Shown in pieces: positions 13,328-26,098 of a stretch of 64,000 nucleotides of DNA. Below the pieces are notes generated by a model that ran no database searches, was not told where the DNA came from, and saw only the letters and a program-made list of their open reading frames with translations. The stretch covers positions 261,206,001 to 261,270,000 of the forward strand of contig OZ024740.1 of the NCBI GenBank assembly GCA_964016885.1, in the 5' to 3' direction. The position numbers were made by a program, and so were the translations under genes. The DNA comes from Eledone cirrhosa (taxonomy: Eukaryota). The number at the start of each line of letters is the position of its first letter. The first letter of the stretch is position 1.

Positions 13328-13436
13328 AATGGCTTCTACAGGACTAGAACTGTTTCATTCAAAGGAAATCACCAGGAAAGCTTTCCTGATGATTTCCTTT
13401 GAATGAAACAGTTCTTGTCCTGTAAAAGCCATTTCT
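13325..13436. repeat. Fold-back palindrome with hammerhead-like core
   Basis: 56 bp arms, no spacer, 3 mismatches. Right arm reads CTGATGA-tttc cttt gaat-GAAAC..GTC (core at 13386). Confidence 0.8.
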
Positions 13437-13639
13437 ATATTAAATATTTATACTCTGCTATGTATTGAGTACCTTATTTACTGTGGTTAACCCTGATTGA
13501 ACTCAGGAGATACACACACACACATATATATATATATACATGCGTGTGTGTGTGTCACTGTTTTTAATTTCCCAGTAATCCCCTTCGTTCCCTTTACACA
13601 CACATACATTCACACAAACACACACACAGGTTGTGTGAT

Positions 13640-14278
13640 GGATGGATGGACAGAAGTCGCTCAAATTGATATACATGTGAATGGAGTTCCATTGAAGCAG
13701 GTAGAGAATTTCAATTATCATGAGTGATGGAATGCAGGAGCCTGTGCTGTAATGCACCAGCTTCTGCATTCAGTAATCAGAAGGAAGATGGGAGTAAAAG
13801 CTAAACTTGCTGTCTTTCTGGTATTCCTGCCAACCCTTACCTATGGTCATGAATCTTGAGTAATGACTGAAAGAATACAATTGCAAATACAAGGGGCCGA
13901 TATGGGGTTCCTCCAAAGGGTCTTTGGAGTAACTTTAGTTGATAAAGTGCATAGTTCGGAGATAGGAGAGTCACTCCAGGTAGAGCCGCTACTTCTCCGG
14001 TTCAAGAGTTCACATCTCAGATACTATGGACATGTGGTTAGAATGTCTCAGGAAAGAATCACTGGACAGATTTTACAGGCAAAACCAACCGGCAAGAGAC
14101 CCAGAGGTAGACCCTGAGCAAGATAGTTGGATAACATCCATGAGCTTGGCTGGTCACGCTTTAAGATCCAGCTGGATCAGTTACAGATGTTTGCTACTGA
14201 CAGACTCTCTGGAAGGAGTGTTTGAGGAGGACTTATCCCCTATGACCCTCTCAGAAATAAGTGGGCGAAGAAGAAGAT
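13640..14278 (+). mobile_element. RTE LINE 3' part (Expander-like subfamily)
   Basis: PLKQVENFNY, PTLTYGHES, MGFLQRVFGVTLVDKVHSSEI, LRYYGHVVRM, GKRPRGRP, then a (GAA)n tail. Confidence 0.8.
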
Positions 14279-14394
14279 ATTGTCAATTTACTTTTCAATT
14301 TACAAATATATATGCATAAATATTTGCGTATAATACCAATACGCACACTACATATGCCAACAGAAAACTTACCAAAAGGTGGTTCTTCTGCTAG
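14278..14394 (+). mobile_element. Non-autonomous Helitron 3' end
   Basis: Homologous to 38915-39041; ends in hairpin plus CTAG|T. Confidence 0.6.
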
Positions 14395-14616
14395 TGGATA
14401 TAAGGATGTAAGCTTTTCAAATTATTAAAAGCCCAAACAATGAATAAAAATAGTTAAAACGTGTTTTATTCAGAATTTTCAATGTAGAGAGACTCTCATA
14501 AGTGAATATAAGATCTATTTTGTTTTACACAAAAGGAACTTTTTAAAGTTGGTTAATGGTTGAAGTTTGAAAAAATATAAGCTTTAGTTGAAGTAATTCT
14601 AAAATTTGTAGCTCAC

Positions 14617-14735
14617 AACTTAATAAATTTGAAAATTATTCTAAATGCCTTCTCAGATGCATGTAAAATGTTCTTTATCAGCTCATCATGTAAGGCTTGT
14701 TTGACCATTAATAAATGCTTTTCTGAAATGTCACA
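14617..14735 (-). CDS. Candidate host-gene internal exon (CDISEKHLLMVKQALHDELIKNILHASEKAFRIIFKFIK)
   Basis: Strong acceptor tttttcttttcctctcctcAG, GTGAGC donor, single open frame, ends in phase 2. Confidence 0.4.
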
Positions 14736-15547
14736 CTGAGGAGAGGAAAAGAAAAATACACGCATAATCTATAATCTGATCAACAAATTTTGGAGGGACT
14801 TCAACTAGAGCTTATACCTTTTCAAACTTCAACCGTTTACTAACAGTCAAAGGTTCCTGTGGTGATTGGAGGAGTGTATGTGTGTGCATGCATTGTGCAT
14901 GTGAGTGTCTGTCTCTCAATACATGTGTCCTTGAGCAAATGGCAACACCTGCAGGAATCTATACAAATCTAACAAATCTAACAAATTAATTCACTATATA
15001 AACATTATAAACGTTTACAACTATATAAATCATTAGATCATCAGATAGGTTTTGGTATCTGATCTCTATTAGGATGTTGTGTGTGTATATATGCATGTAC
15101 ACCTGTGTGTATGAATCCATGTAGTCATATGCTTATGTGCGTGTGTATGTTTGTATATGAAGGCAGCGAATTGGCAGATAGAATCTCTTCGCAGTATTAA
15201 TTCTGGTTCTCTACTCTCTGAGTTCAAATCCCACTAAGGTTAACTTTGTCTTTTTCACTTCTATTTTTTTCACTCTCATTCCTTCTCTGGAAGAAATCTG
15301 CTGTATTAGGACCTGAATAGGAGATGGGCTATTCTAGGGGGTTTTTTTTAAATGTCCTATAAAAGTTGTATGTCAATAGAGTGCCCCTATAACTCCCACA
15401 GGGTTTCCAGGTTCATATAAACAAACAAAATTATATATTTTCTGTATGTCTAAAATTATCTACAGAGGGTACAATAATGTTTTATGTAAAGGTATTTAAG
15501 GTAACAAATAGGTACTGCCACATTTGAACTCTTTAATTGCTCTTGTG

Positions 15548-16890
15548 ACCTGTCAATGGATATTATCGCTTTTCGACCATCGACAGCCACTGTAAAGTGT
15601 TTTGGTGTGTGCGAAAGCACACGAAAAGGTCCATTATAGGGTGACGTAAGCGGTCTCTTGACGGAATCATTCCGTATAAAAATATCTGTCCAAGTAGAGA
15701 TGTCCGATGGGACAGCAGAAGAAATAGACTGGTCACGAGGGTTCATTGGTGGAAGATCCAAGAAATACGAACGAATCCTGGTGACATATGATGCTGGGTC
15801 AAGATGCTTAGGTCACAAGATGCTTAGGTCACAAGATGCGATGAATCCACTGGTGCTAACATTTGTCCAGGAAGAGTCAATGTGGTACCATAAAGAAGTT
15901 CAGAAGAGAGAAACCTCAATCTGTCTTAATGGCAGAACGACAACCAAGAAGCACAATTGGCAAAAATTCGGTCCAGCGTTGCGGATCAGGGGTAGCGCGA
16001 AGTGCAGCTTTCAACTGTCTGTGAAACCTCTCCACCATTCCATTGGAGGCTGGGTGATAGCTGGTCGTATGAATATGATGAGCACTCAAAAGTCGTGATA
16101 TTTCACGAAATAAGGAAGCTTCGAACTGGCGTCCACGATCCGTAGTTATTTCAGTAGGAACACCAAAGCGAGCAATTCAATTGGAAATGAAAGGTCGGGC
16201 AACAGACTCTGCTGTTATGTCCTGTACTCCGTTGACCGCAAAATACGCATCGAGCTGGGCGAACCACAATTTGGCATCGCCAGAATACGCTGGTAACGAT
16301 GTGTTGCTCATGATGAAATTTGGTCGAGAGAGATGATTTTCTTTTTCAAAACGCCGGGAGAAATTATATATTCAAACGTCGGTAGAAATTATTTGTTCAG
16401 ACGTCGATAGAAATTATATGTTCAAACGGGGTCACCACTTTTAGTGAGTTGGTCCCAGGGTTACTTACTCCAGTAAGCACCACCGGATCCCAACTACTAA
16501 ATTTAATAGAAATAAGATATAGTAGAATTTTTCATACAATTTCTTTTTGTGAGAATTATCTCTCACTACATTTGAAGTAATAACTGAGGCATGATAAGCT
16601 TCTCAAAACAAGTATCAAAATAACTTGCGTTTATTGTAGTCCATGTATTACAAATGTGCTAAACAAATGCGCCTCGTGGCATGACAAGGTATAATCCTGA
16701 ATTATAAGATATGGTTGAAAAAAGGTTAGCATGCTTGCGCTCGATGTGACCAGTTTGAGAGGTGCCGCCAAAAGAGAGTAAGTGAGAAAGAGAGGTCGAG
16801 TGACGTCAGCACACTCCCTTATATACTGGCCACGGAGAAGTAACTCCAATTAGTTTTTTCTCCCCGAGCAAGGTGGCACTAGTCGCTACA
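15548..16890 (-). mobile_element. Gypsy LTR retrotransposon, internally deleted (5' LTR, PBS, gag start fused to integrase)
   Basis: LTR ~16441-16890 begins TGTAG; PBS TGGTGACCCCG follows. Gag-like LWFAQLDAYF is joined to [18 protein letters not shown]...[17 protein letters not shown] and PLTSPYNGPFRV (GPY/F). Confidence 0.85.
16427..16437 (-). promoter_or_regulatory. Primer-binding site (tRNA-Trp-type) of the Gypsy element
   Basis: TGGTGACCCCG lies about 3 nt inside the LTR end. Confidence 0.7.
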
Positions 16891-18400
16891 CTTTTTAAGC
16901 TTCTTTTTTTGCTCAGATGACATCTTTGACCTCTTGATTGAAGTCCTCCTGCCACTCAGTGCTACACAAAGCTGCTTTTGCCCGCAACATTTAACAACTG
17001 AAACAAAAAATGCTAAGCTGAACAGTCTCCCCTCCATTTTGTCCTCAGTTTGTTCAGGGAGTTCTCTGAATTTGGATGTAATAGTATCTGCATACCTAGT
17101 CCTGACTTCTTTATAAGCCAGTACTTCCTACTTTATCCTGTGAGTGGAGCTGGATCTGTCAGTTTTGTGGGGTTTTTGATAAAAGATAGTTTCAGGCTGC
17201 AGATAACTAAATAGTGACCAGTATAGTGCTCAGCCCCTTTCTTTGCATAAACATCCAATACAGAATTGAAGAGATCAGAAACAATAACAAAATTGATTAT
17301 TGATTCCCCTTATACCATGTATATTTATGGATGTCTTTGTGCTGGAAGAATGGTGTTCATAATAGAGAGGCCATTACTAGAACAAAAGTCCAATCTCCAT
17401 TTGTATTTAGACAACAATCGACATTCCTTCCAAACATTCCTTTCCATGTCAAGTAATCACTGCCAGTATATGCAGTCTCCCATTGCAGTCTCCCTATTGA
17501 AGTCTCTCATTACGATATACAACTCAGTCTTAACTACATCTAATGCTGCAGTGACTTCATCAAAGAAGGATCTGTTTCAGACTCTCTGTTTGGTGGATAA
17601 ACTTGCACCACTCACCAAGACCTTTCTTTCAGCCAAAGCTTCAAAAGATCCAGTCCATAACACATTACAACTGTTGGTGACTTGCGACTATCCCCACTCC
17701 CACCTGTGCAGTCATTTCTGACACCGTACCTATATAGTGAAGTTTCCAGTTTCCATCCAAGTCTATGTTACTGGCGGCACAGAACTTTACTGAGGAAACC
17801 CTGACTATATCTAGCCGGTGGCATCTAACCTCCTCCATTAGTTCCTGCTTCTTATCTGTGAGGGTTATAACATTTCAATTGCCAATTCTTAAGATTTGCT
17901 CCATTCTGGACCCTTTTTGAGGTCTCAGAATACACAATCTTTGTGGGTCCATCTCATGCTTCCCAGAACTGGTCGCAGGCCATCACTATTTCCCACAAAG
18001 TTGGATGAAGACGGCAATGTCATTTTTTAATAAGCCTTTCACCTAAGGCTTGAACACATCTCTTGTTACCCTGCGCGAAGAACGATGGGGGTATGAATAC
18101 TTTTATTGCATCTGGTCATACTTCAGTGTTTTGGTGGTTTCATTCTTGCCAGTCACCAATTTGCTAATTTTTTCAGACATGCCTAGACCTTTTAGATGTG
18201 AGCTTTACTCGCCTCATCATAGCTACATCACTGGGTTGTAAGAGTTTTCTTGAGATCTAATGGTGTCATCCATTGCTCCACTCCCTCTAGTAGTTTACTT
18301 CTGTTTGTTCCATGGTTGCTTATTTGTTCAGCAGGATCTAACCATCATATCTGGTAGCCATATTGCTATCCACCAGCTGTCACTTGTTCTGTAGCATAGC
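16891..18400 (-). mobile_element. RTE LINE 5' part (APE endonuclease plus upstream region), decayed
   Basis: LRIGN*NVITLTDKKQELMEEVRCHRLDIV from ~17905; MGDCIYW; VLDVYAKKGAEHYTGHYLV (resembles VKRGAELSTDHHLV). Upstream boundary uncertain. Confidence 0.65.
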
Positions 18401-19190
18401 AGCTCTGACAAAGAAAGTAAAAAAACCTAACTGAGCAAATAAACAAAGATTGTCAATGTATCATCTACTCATATAGAACTTTTTCTTTTATCAGTGTGGA
18501 CAGCTGCTATTTTGTTCAAACCAACATTGAACAACCAACAGCAGATGTCACAATATGCAAAATATTAAATTTATTTACAATTCCGATTAACTTCCATAAC
18601 TAACAATAAACTGTTTAGATGTAGTGTTTATGTCAGAATTCAATTTCTTTCATAATCAGTGCTTCTGTAATTGAATAATCTCTAACTAACGTTCTACTAT
18701 AGTCACAAGAAAGCATTACTGGAACTCACAGGCAACAAACATCCATACCATGCGCTTTCACTTTTACAGGTGTAAACTGATCACATTTATCAAATGTCTA
18801 TTGTGTACAGTACTTATAATTGCTGCTTTTAACGGTAAGACTATAAATGATTCAATTTTATTTATCAATTAAACACTATCACTAAGACAGTCTCTCTTTT
18901 TTTCCTCTTTCTTATCTCTCTCAAACTCTCTCCATCGAGCTCACTCTTACACTCTCTCTGCCTCCTTTTCTCTTTCTTAGATACTCTCTCTCTCTCATTA
19001 ATGGCTGACTACCAACTACACTTCTTTTCCTCTATTTTCCTTTCTTTTAATCTCATTTGTTTTCTTTTCTCTCTCTAACAAACATCCTCTCTTCCCTTTA
19101 TTTCTGTCTTCCAATGAAGGAGTCGTGTCCAAAATGTTAAGATTCTATTCCAACTTTTTTATGTGTATTGTATTACTGTATTGTATTATT

Positions 19191-19261
<71 letters not shown>

Positions 19262-19280
19262 TAAAACTGATCTATATTAT

Positions 19281-19343
19281 ATTTTATCTGATGAAAGCAC
19301 ACCATAATTTAACTTGGTGTCCTTGAAATATGTATAATGAAAT
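19281..19343 (+). ncRNA. Minimal type-I hammerhead ribozyme motif
   Basis: attttat-CTGATGA-aagcacacca..tggtgtcctt-GAAA-tatgta-TA-atgaaat: stems I, II and III, followed by AATAAA. Sits between (TA)n tracts. Confidence 0.65.
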
Positions 19344-19384
19344 AAATATGGTTTTATAAATATAATTTCCATTTGTTAATATCG

Positions 19385-19417
<33 letters not shown>

Positions 19418-21814
19418 ATATTTGGAGTTGGTCATGTTGCCAATATTGCCAATAGAAAGAAACACGTGCATCATTTTATCGTTATTGTTTGTTATTCATT
19501 TGTTTATCAAAGTTCTTTCGTCACACATTCTGTGACCTCCTCAATGATTATCTATTTTGCCTCCTCTTTTTCCTGGTCTTAAACTTCTAATCCATCTTTT
19601 CTTTGTTTGTTTTGTGGTGCATTTTTGTGTTTCATGTCTGTGCATGCATTTGCGCCTGCATCTCCGTGTGTGTATGTGTTTTGGTATCATGTCCACGTGT
19701 GTTTTATGTGTCTGGAAGTTTGTATTGTTTGGTGTTTTGCTGTTTGTGTCTTTATTCTGTCTTCAGTCATGAAGCTATGGGTTGTTACTATTTCACCCGT
19801 GTTTTCTGTTCAGGTTAGGACTATCTTCTATCATGTGAGTAGCCTCCTTAATTTCTCTGGATGTTGCGTCAGTTTTATGTGTGGATAAGATCTTTATTTC
19901 TATGTTATCTATTGAGCCCTCATGTTCTAGTTTGGCATGTAGGTATAGCACTGATGAACTTTTTTCCTCCTTAAGTTCTTGCCAGTGCTCCTATAAACCC
20001 TCTCTACAGGCTGTCTCTCCAATCTATATCGTTGTCTTGTTTCTGCATCATCCCTCTGAACATCTTATCCTATTGACTACATTTCTAGTTTTACAGTTTG
20101 TCTGTGGACTTATCTTACAGACTATACAGTTTATATTAGTAAAGGGGATCTTCCTAAAGAGGTATGTCCTACTGATCTGGAATTTTATGGTAGTGCCTGG
20201 TGTTTCTACTACTTTTAACCTAAGGTTCATTTTTTTTCTAAAGCTTTTCTAAAATGATATGCTAGTTAACTTCTAGGGGTAGCATCGACGAACACTCTGG
20301 TATGTTTTGGCTGCCATACCATGAGTTGGCGTTCCTTATTGTTTTTAGTCCTTTTTGTACTATTCCATGTTTTGTTCCTGTATAGTGGGCAAATCCTATT
20401 CATATCATTCTCCATAATGGTTCTGAATTTAGCCATGTCTCCTTTGTACACTCTGACCCTGTGTCTTTGGTTATAACCAGACAACTGCATGCGGTGGATA
20501 AAGTGTTGTGTGTGTCTCTTTAACTCTGTTGGATCGCACACGGTGTTAGCTATTTGCTGCATGCTCTCTGTGGTTTCTAGTTCCGATTCATGGGTACTCT
20601 CTGGTAGGGTAGTTTTAACCGCTATATTGATATCGTCAAATAATAAGAGTACATGGCTATGGCTATGGAGTTCTCAGCTAAGCGTTCTTTGAGTCTCTTG
20701 TCCCACCACACCCTAAACAGATCGGCCACATTGCCAGAGATGCTGATGCCGATGGCCGCTCCCTCCTATTGGGCATATGTTTTATTATTGAACTTAAACA
20801 CATGGCCATTTAGAGTAGTATTAATACTCATTTCCACTGCATGTGTGATCATTCTTCTCACTTGGTGATGGTTTGGGGGGCTCTGTATGGCTTTGGTCCA
20901 CCTGCTCCATCTTTCTATGGAGATTTTCCACAGTAAAATCAACATCGATAGATGAGTATAAGGTACTACATCCATGCTGCTTATTTTGTCGTTTTTCAGG
21001 TCATGGGTTTTGTTGCACTTGAGGAAGTCCTCTGTGCTATCACACACGTCTGGGGACATCTTGACTATGAGGTGTATGATCATTGTGAGAAAGTAGGAGA
21101 TCCTGTAGTTGTTGGCAATGTTTGCTCTACAGACAGATCTCGTTGGTGGTCCTGCCACAGGATTGGTGGTTATTTTATGATTCTTGAGGAGCCCATACAG
21201 TGCTGGGATGTCATTATTTGAGGCTTGGAAATTGTTGATCATGCACTTCCTTGATCCTAGGATGTCAGACCACATCAGTAGATGAGCGTTGAGGATTTTT
21301 TCTCCCTCCTCATGGGCTTGTGTTGTTGTTTCACTCATGTTGACGATGTGGGGGTTCCATTGCCTGGATATAGTTTGGCAGTCTGTCTATTGACATTCTG
21401 TCAGACTTATCTGCGTGGAAACACACGATCTCTCCATTCCTCGTGTGTTGTATGAGTTTATGTAGGCCCTCTGTGGATTTATTACCAAGTCATTGTGCTT
21501 CCGTCCGATTCTATCTCCTAGTGTATTGTTCTAGAATTTGTCGGAGTTTTGTCCTAGCTGTGGTGAATTGTGCTTCTGTTTAGTCATCTGTTTTTAGTGG
21601 AATATGAACCCACTTATTAAATGGTTAGTTTGCGGAGTAAATGTGATTCATATCATATGTATTGTCAGTTGGATTGAAAAACATGTTGATAGGGTTTCTA
21701 TGTGTATCTATGTCCCTTATGTTAGTTGTGTTGTTTTCAGTGATACTGAGTGTGTTGTTGTTGCTATTAATATTGTTATTATTATTACTGTCCAAGGAAT
21801 ATAAGAAACCATTA

Positions 21815-22408
21815 TTACTGGCAGTATCGGTAGAGGGACGGACGCCATGCTTTCCAGCATAGTTACGTCCCTTTACGATCTGAGTTCAAATCCCGCCGAG
21901 GTTTACTTTGCCTTTCATCCTTACGGGGTCGATAAAATAAAGTACCAGTAATGCACTGGGTAATTGCTGGCCTTGTGCCTAAAGTAGAAACAAGTATTAC
22001 TATCCAGGGAGGTGGATTGGAAGTATCGTTAAACATTGAATAACATGCTTCACAGTATAGAGTATAGAATTACGGCCCTTTACATTCTGAGTTCAAATCC
22101 TGCCGAGGTTAGCTTTGCCTTTCATCCTTACGAGGTAGATAAAGCACCAGTTATACACTGGGGTCGATTTAATCCACTCTCCCCTCTCCCAATATTGTTG
22201 GCCTTGTGCCTAAATCAGAAGGTGGATTGGCAGTATCAGTAGAGGGTCGGACGCCATGCTTTCCAGCATAGTTACGTCCCTTTACGATCTGAGTTCAAAT
22301 CCCGCCGAGGTTGACTTTGCCTTTCATCCTTACGGGGTCGATAAAATAAAGTACCAGTAATGCACTGGGTAATTGCTGGCCTTGTGCCTAAAGTAGAAAC
22401 AATTATTA
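21815..22408 (+). mobile_element. Three tandem SINE family A copies
   Basis: Copies at ~21815-21995, 22010-22215 (older variant) and 22220-22408, within a (TAT)n tract. Confidence 0.85.
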
Positions 22409-22504
22409 CTATTATTATCATTATTGCTGTTGTTACTGTTGTTCACGTTGTTATTGTTATTATTCCTATTGCTACTGTCATTGTTGGTGGTGGTGATTGA
22501 TTTA

Positions 22505-22785
22505 TCTGTGTGTGTATGTGTGTTGTTGTTGCTAGTGTGCTCTCTGTTTGTTTGTCTATTTGTGTATGTGTGATGTTGTTGCTAATGTGCTTTCTATTTG
22601 TCTGTGTGTGTGTGTGTGTTGTTGTTGTTGTTGCTAGTGTGCTCTCTGTTTGTGTGTGTGTGTGTATGTGTTGTTGTTGTTGTTAGTGTGCTCTCTGTTT
22701 GTGTGTGTGTGTTGTTGTTGTTGCTAGTGTGCTCTCTGTTTGTGTGTGTGTTGTTGTTGTTGTTGTTGCTAGTGTGCTCTCTGTT

Positions 22786-22816
<31 letters not shown>

Positions 22817-23150
22817 TGTTGTTGTTGTTGCTAGTGTGCTCTCTGTTTGTGTGTGTGTGTGTATGTGTTGTTGTTGTTGCTAGTGTGCTCTCTGTTTGTG
22901 TGTGTGTGTGTGTGTTGTTGTTGTTGTTGCTGGTGTGCTTTCTGTTTGTGTGTGTGTGTGTGTATGTGTTGTTGTTGTTGCTAGTGTGCTCTCTGTTTGT
23001 GTGTGTGTGTGTGTTGTTGTTGTTGTTGCTAGTGTGCTCTCTGTTTGTGTGTGTGTGTGTGTATGTGTTGTTGTTGTTGCTAGTGTGCTCTCTGTTTGTG
23101 TGTGTGTGTGTGTTGTTGTTGTTGTTGCTGGTGTGCTTTCTGTTTGTGTT
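22505..23150. repeat. Compound minisatellite: GCTAGTGTGCTCTCTGTTT-(GT)n-(GTT)n, about 16 units
   Basis: A constant ~19 bp core alternates with variable-length GT and GTT runs. Confidence 0.9.
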
Positions 23151-23699
23151 GTCAATACATTTCATGTTTCTAACCCTTTCCCCCTCCAACCTTACCAGTT
23201 CCTTCATCCCACTTTGTTCTGTTGCTATCATTGTTCCTTTCTATGTTCATGTGTTCGTTTCTGTCACCCTTGTTATTGTTGTTGCTGTTATTCGTGATAC
23301 TGTCGTTTGTGTTGTTGTTGTCAACGTCTTTTGAGTTATTGTTGTGGTAGTTGTTCATGTTGTTACTGCAGTTGTTGTTTGTGTTGTCATAGTTCAAGTT
23401 TCATCGAACTTTTGTAAACATTTTTTTTTCAATTTCCGACAAAAAATTTATGTTACTGATCTTTCTGTATACTGCGAACTTGGGTGGTAGTTGGAGGATC
23501 ATTTGTTCATCGAGGTCAGCTGTTGTTTCTTCATAGATGTTTGCCTCATCTTTATTGAGTTCTGCTGCAAGTGGGACATCCACCATATATATATACCCTC
23601 AACCTTGTTTGGGTATTTTTTCCTCTCTTCTTGCTCATGTTTTCTGTGTATAATCTACATATAATTCTATCATTGAGTGATCGTAAAGCCACTTGCATG

Positions 23700-24010
23700 A
23701 TCGTTAAAACCACCCTTCGGCTGGTTTTCTGCTAGAATGTGTAGTGTGTATATTGATATTATATGGAAGTATATATACATGTAGATAGGATATATCAAAT
23801 AAAATCGTAATTGACAATATACACAGAAATTGAACGAAGACTGCGTTACACTGTCTTATGTAATCAGCAACGTAATTCATGATACATTAAAAAAAGACGA
23901 TATTATATATAAACTGCATTAGGAGAACATTATTGACAGAAATATATGAATATTTATTTAAACGATCGCTAACCAGAAGTGTTGACATTTGAAAATTTTA
24001 AAGAAATGAA
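23700..24010 (-). mobile_element. Non-autonomous Helitron 3' region
   Basis: Reverse complement of ~38780-39035, including the aaaaccacccttcgg.tggttttctgctag hairpin. Confidence 0.6.
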
Positions 24011-24316
24011 TCTTTAAATAAATAATAAAATATATTTAATGAAGAACCACGAAATTTAGTAGATAAATTATGTAATATTCATTCATTATTTATTCAAACT
24101 AATCCAACTTATTTTACTAAGGGGATAAAAAATTATAAACCGTACGCAGTCCCGCGTTTCTTACTTTATTATAGTTAAGATTTATCAATCTCTTTTGATA
24201 TGTATGCTTCTAGCTTTGGTTGAGGAGCAGATTTTGTGAGCTAATGTGAGAGCTATTTCTAACGTTACCAGTTACGAATGTCATCCAATCGAACATTGTA
24301 ATTTTATTATTATTAA

Positions 24317-24672
24317 TAGTTACGTCCCTTTACGTTCTGAGTTCAAGTCCCACCAAGGTTAGATTTGCATTTCATCCATACGGGTTTGATGAAATAAATG
24401 ACCAGTAACGCACTGGGGTCGATATGATTGACTTTCCCCTCTTCCCAAATTGCTGGCCTTGTACCTATAGTAGAAATCATCGGTGGATTGGCAGTATCGG
24501 TAGAGGGTCGGACGCCATGCTTTGACACATAGAGTTACAGCACTTTCCATTCTGAGTTCAAATCCAGCCGAGGTTAAATTTGCCTTTCATCCTTACCGGG
24601 TCGATAAAATAAAGTACCAGTAATACACTGGGGTAATTGCTGGCTTTGTGCCAAAAGTAGAAACAATTATTA
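24317..24672 (+). mobile_element. Two tandem SINE family A copies
   Basis: A 5'-truncated older copy at 24317-24478 and a full copy at 24481-24672. Confidence 0.8.
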
Positions 24673-24859
24673 TACATGTAGCCTGAACAATGGCTGGTCT
24701 CCCGTTCTTTGGGAACTTGTATTTCTCTGTTTTACAAGATGTCGACTGATGATTGCTAGCTCTTGGCTTCTTCAATTTTTTTACGTGAAAAACAACCAAT
24801 AGCTCTTGGCTTCACAATTTGCTGATGTCAATCAACGGTAAATGTTGATGAATTTTGTT

Positions 24860-25550
24860 GCCAGGAGTTGTTAAAAAGAATTCCAAATGTTTTGAAGCTC
24901 TATTGATCTGTTGACTCTGTGGATAAACAGTCAGAAGCAGTCAATTACCCAACAGAGTTTCTCAACACTTTAGAACCATCAGGAATGCCTCCACATGTCT
25001 TTTACCTTAAAGAAGGAGCACTCATGATGTTATTGAGGAATTAGGATCCACCAAGTCTATGCAACGACACTCGATTGGTTGCAAAAAATATATATCCACA
25101 CGTGATTCAAGCCACCATTTCAACAGGATGTGGTAGGGGAGAGGATGTATCCATTCCAAGAGTTCCTTCTATCCCCACTGATGTCCAATTTCAATTCAAA
25201 CAACTTTAATTTCCAGTCTTAGTTTTGTTATGACAATCAACAAATCACAAGGACAAACATTTTTGGTTGCTGGTTTACACGTTGAAGAGCCCTGCTTTAC
25301 CCATGGTTAGCTTTACGTTGGATGTTCAAGGGTAGGAAGCCAAAAAAATCTTTACGTCTATGCATCAGATGGGAAAACAACAAACATTGTTTATAGAAAC
25401 ATTATAAATTGACCCAATTAATACAGAAATCCATCCTCATCAAGGAGACTATCTTTCAGGTGTGACATGGTCTGACACGAAATAAAAAAAAATTGAAATA
25501 AAGACATACTGTTGTGATTATTGCCTTGCAATGACAGGCTATTCAGCTAG
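24860..25550 (+). mobile_element. Helitron PIF1-helicase C-terminal fragment and 3' end (second family)
   Basis: [58 protein letters not shown]; ends gccttgcaatgacaggc..CTAG|T. Confidence 0.85.
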
Positions 25551-25559
25551 TATATATAT

Positions 25560-26005
25560 ATATATATATTTATATTTCGTTTCTGAATTTGTTTAGCAAG
25601 ATTCTTTATCTGAAAACGTGTGTTGAAACCGATATTGTTATGCTTTTTTTTCGGGGGGGGGGGGGCATGTTGCCAATAAGAAACACACACAGACACCCAG
25701 ATGTAACACATGTGCAAACTAAACACACAACACACACAAAAACAAGATGGCGTAGGACAGAACAAAGGAGAGGCACAAAAACAAAGAAAAACAAAGAAAA
25801 ACAAAGAAAAGAATCCCCAGTCACTGAAGAGGTCACAGAATGTGTGACGAAAGAACTTTGAAAATATATGAACAACCGTCCGGTTGTGGAAGCAACCAAC
25901 CGGAAATTTATAAATTCTTAAATTATAAATTTAATTTATAATAAATTGGAGTGAAAGGAACTGGTGCGTGTGTTTCTTATTGGCAACATGACCCTCCCAA
26001 AGCAT

Positions 26006-26012
<7 letters not shown>
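25560..26012. mobile_element. Solo PLE terminal region with inverted ends
   Basis: 25680-26012 is the reverse complement of ~9990-10325. 25632-25690 mirrors 25967-26012. (TA)n on both sides. Confidence 0.75.

Positions 26013-26092
<80 letters not shown>

Positions 26093-26098
<6 letters not shown>

Larger units (their letters stand above)
19410..23590 (-). mobile_element. Penelope-like element (same lineage as 9990 and 43845), decayed, with SINEs and a minisatellite inside
   Basis: ILQLPPKFAVY, ILNAHLLMWSDIL, IPALYGLLKNHK, GPPTRSVC, SMDVV, NCKTRNVV. Confidence 0.85.

Noticed and set aside
22505-23150. CRISPR-like array (constant repeat with variable spacers)
   Set aside because: The spacers are only GT and GTT runs, the context is eukaryotic, and there are no cas genes. 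It is a compound minisatellite.
23395-23410. In-frame TGA in a PLE as possible selenocysteine (Naiad-like)
   Set aside because: The sister copy has TGG (Trp) at this position, the element is otherwise decayed, and its endonuclease is C-terminal, unlike Naiads.
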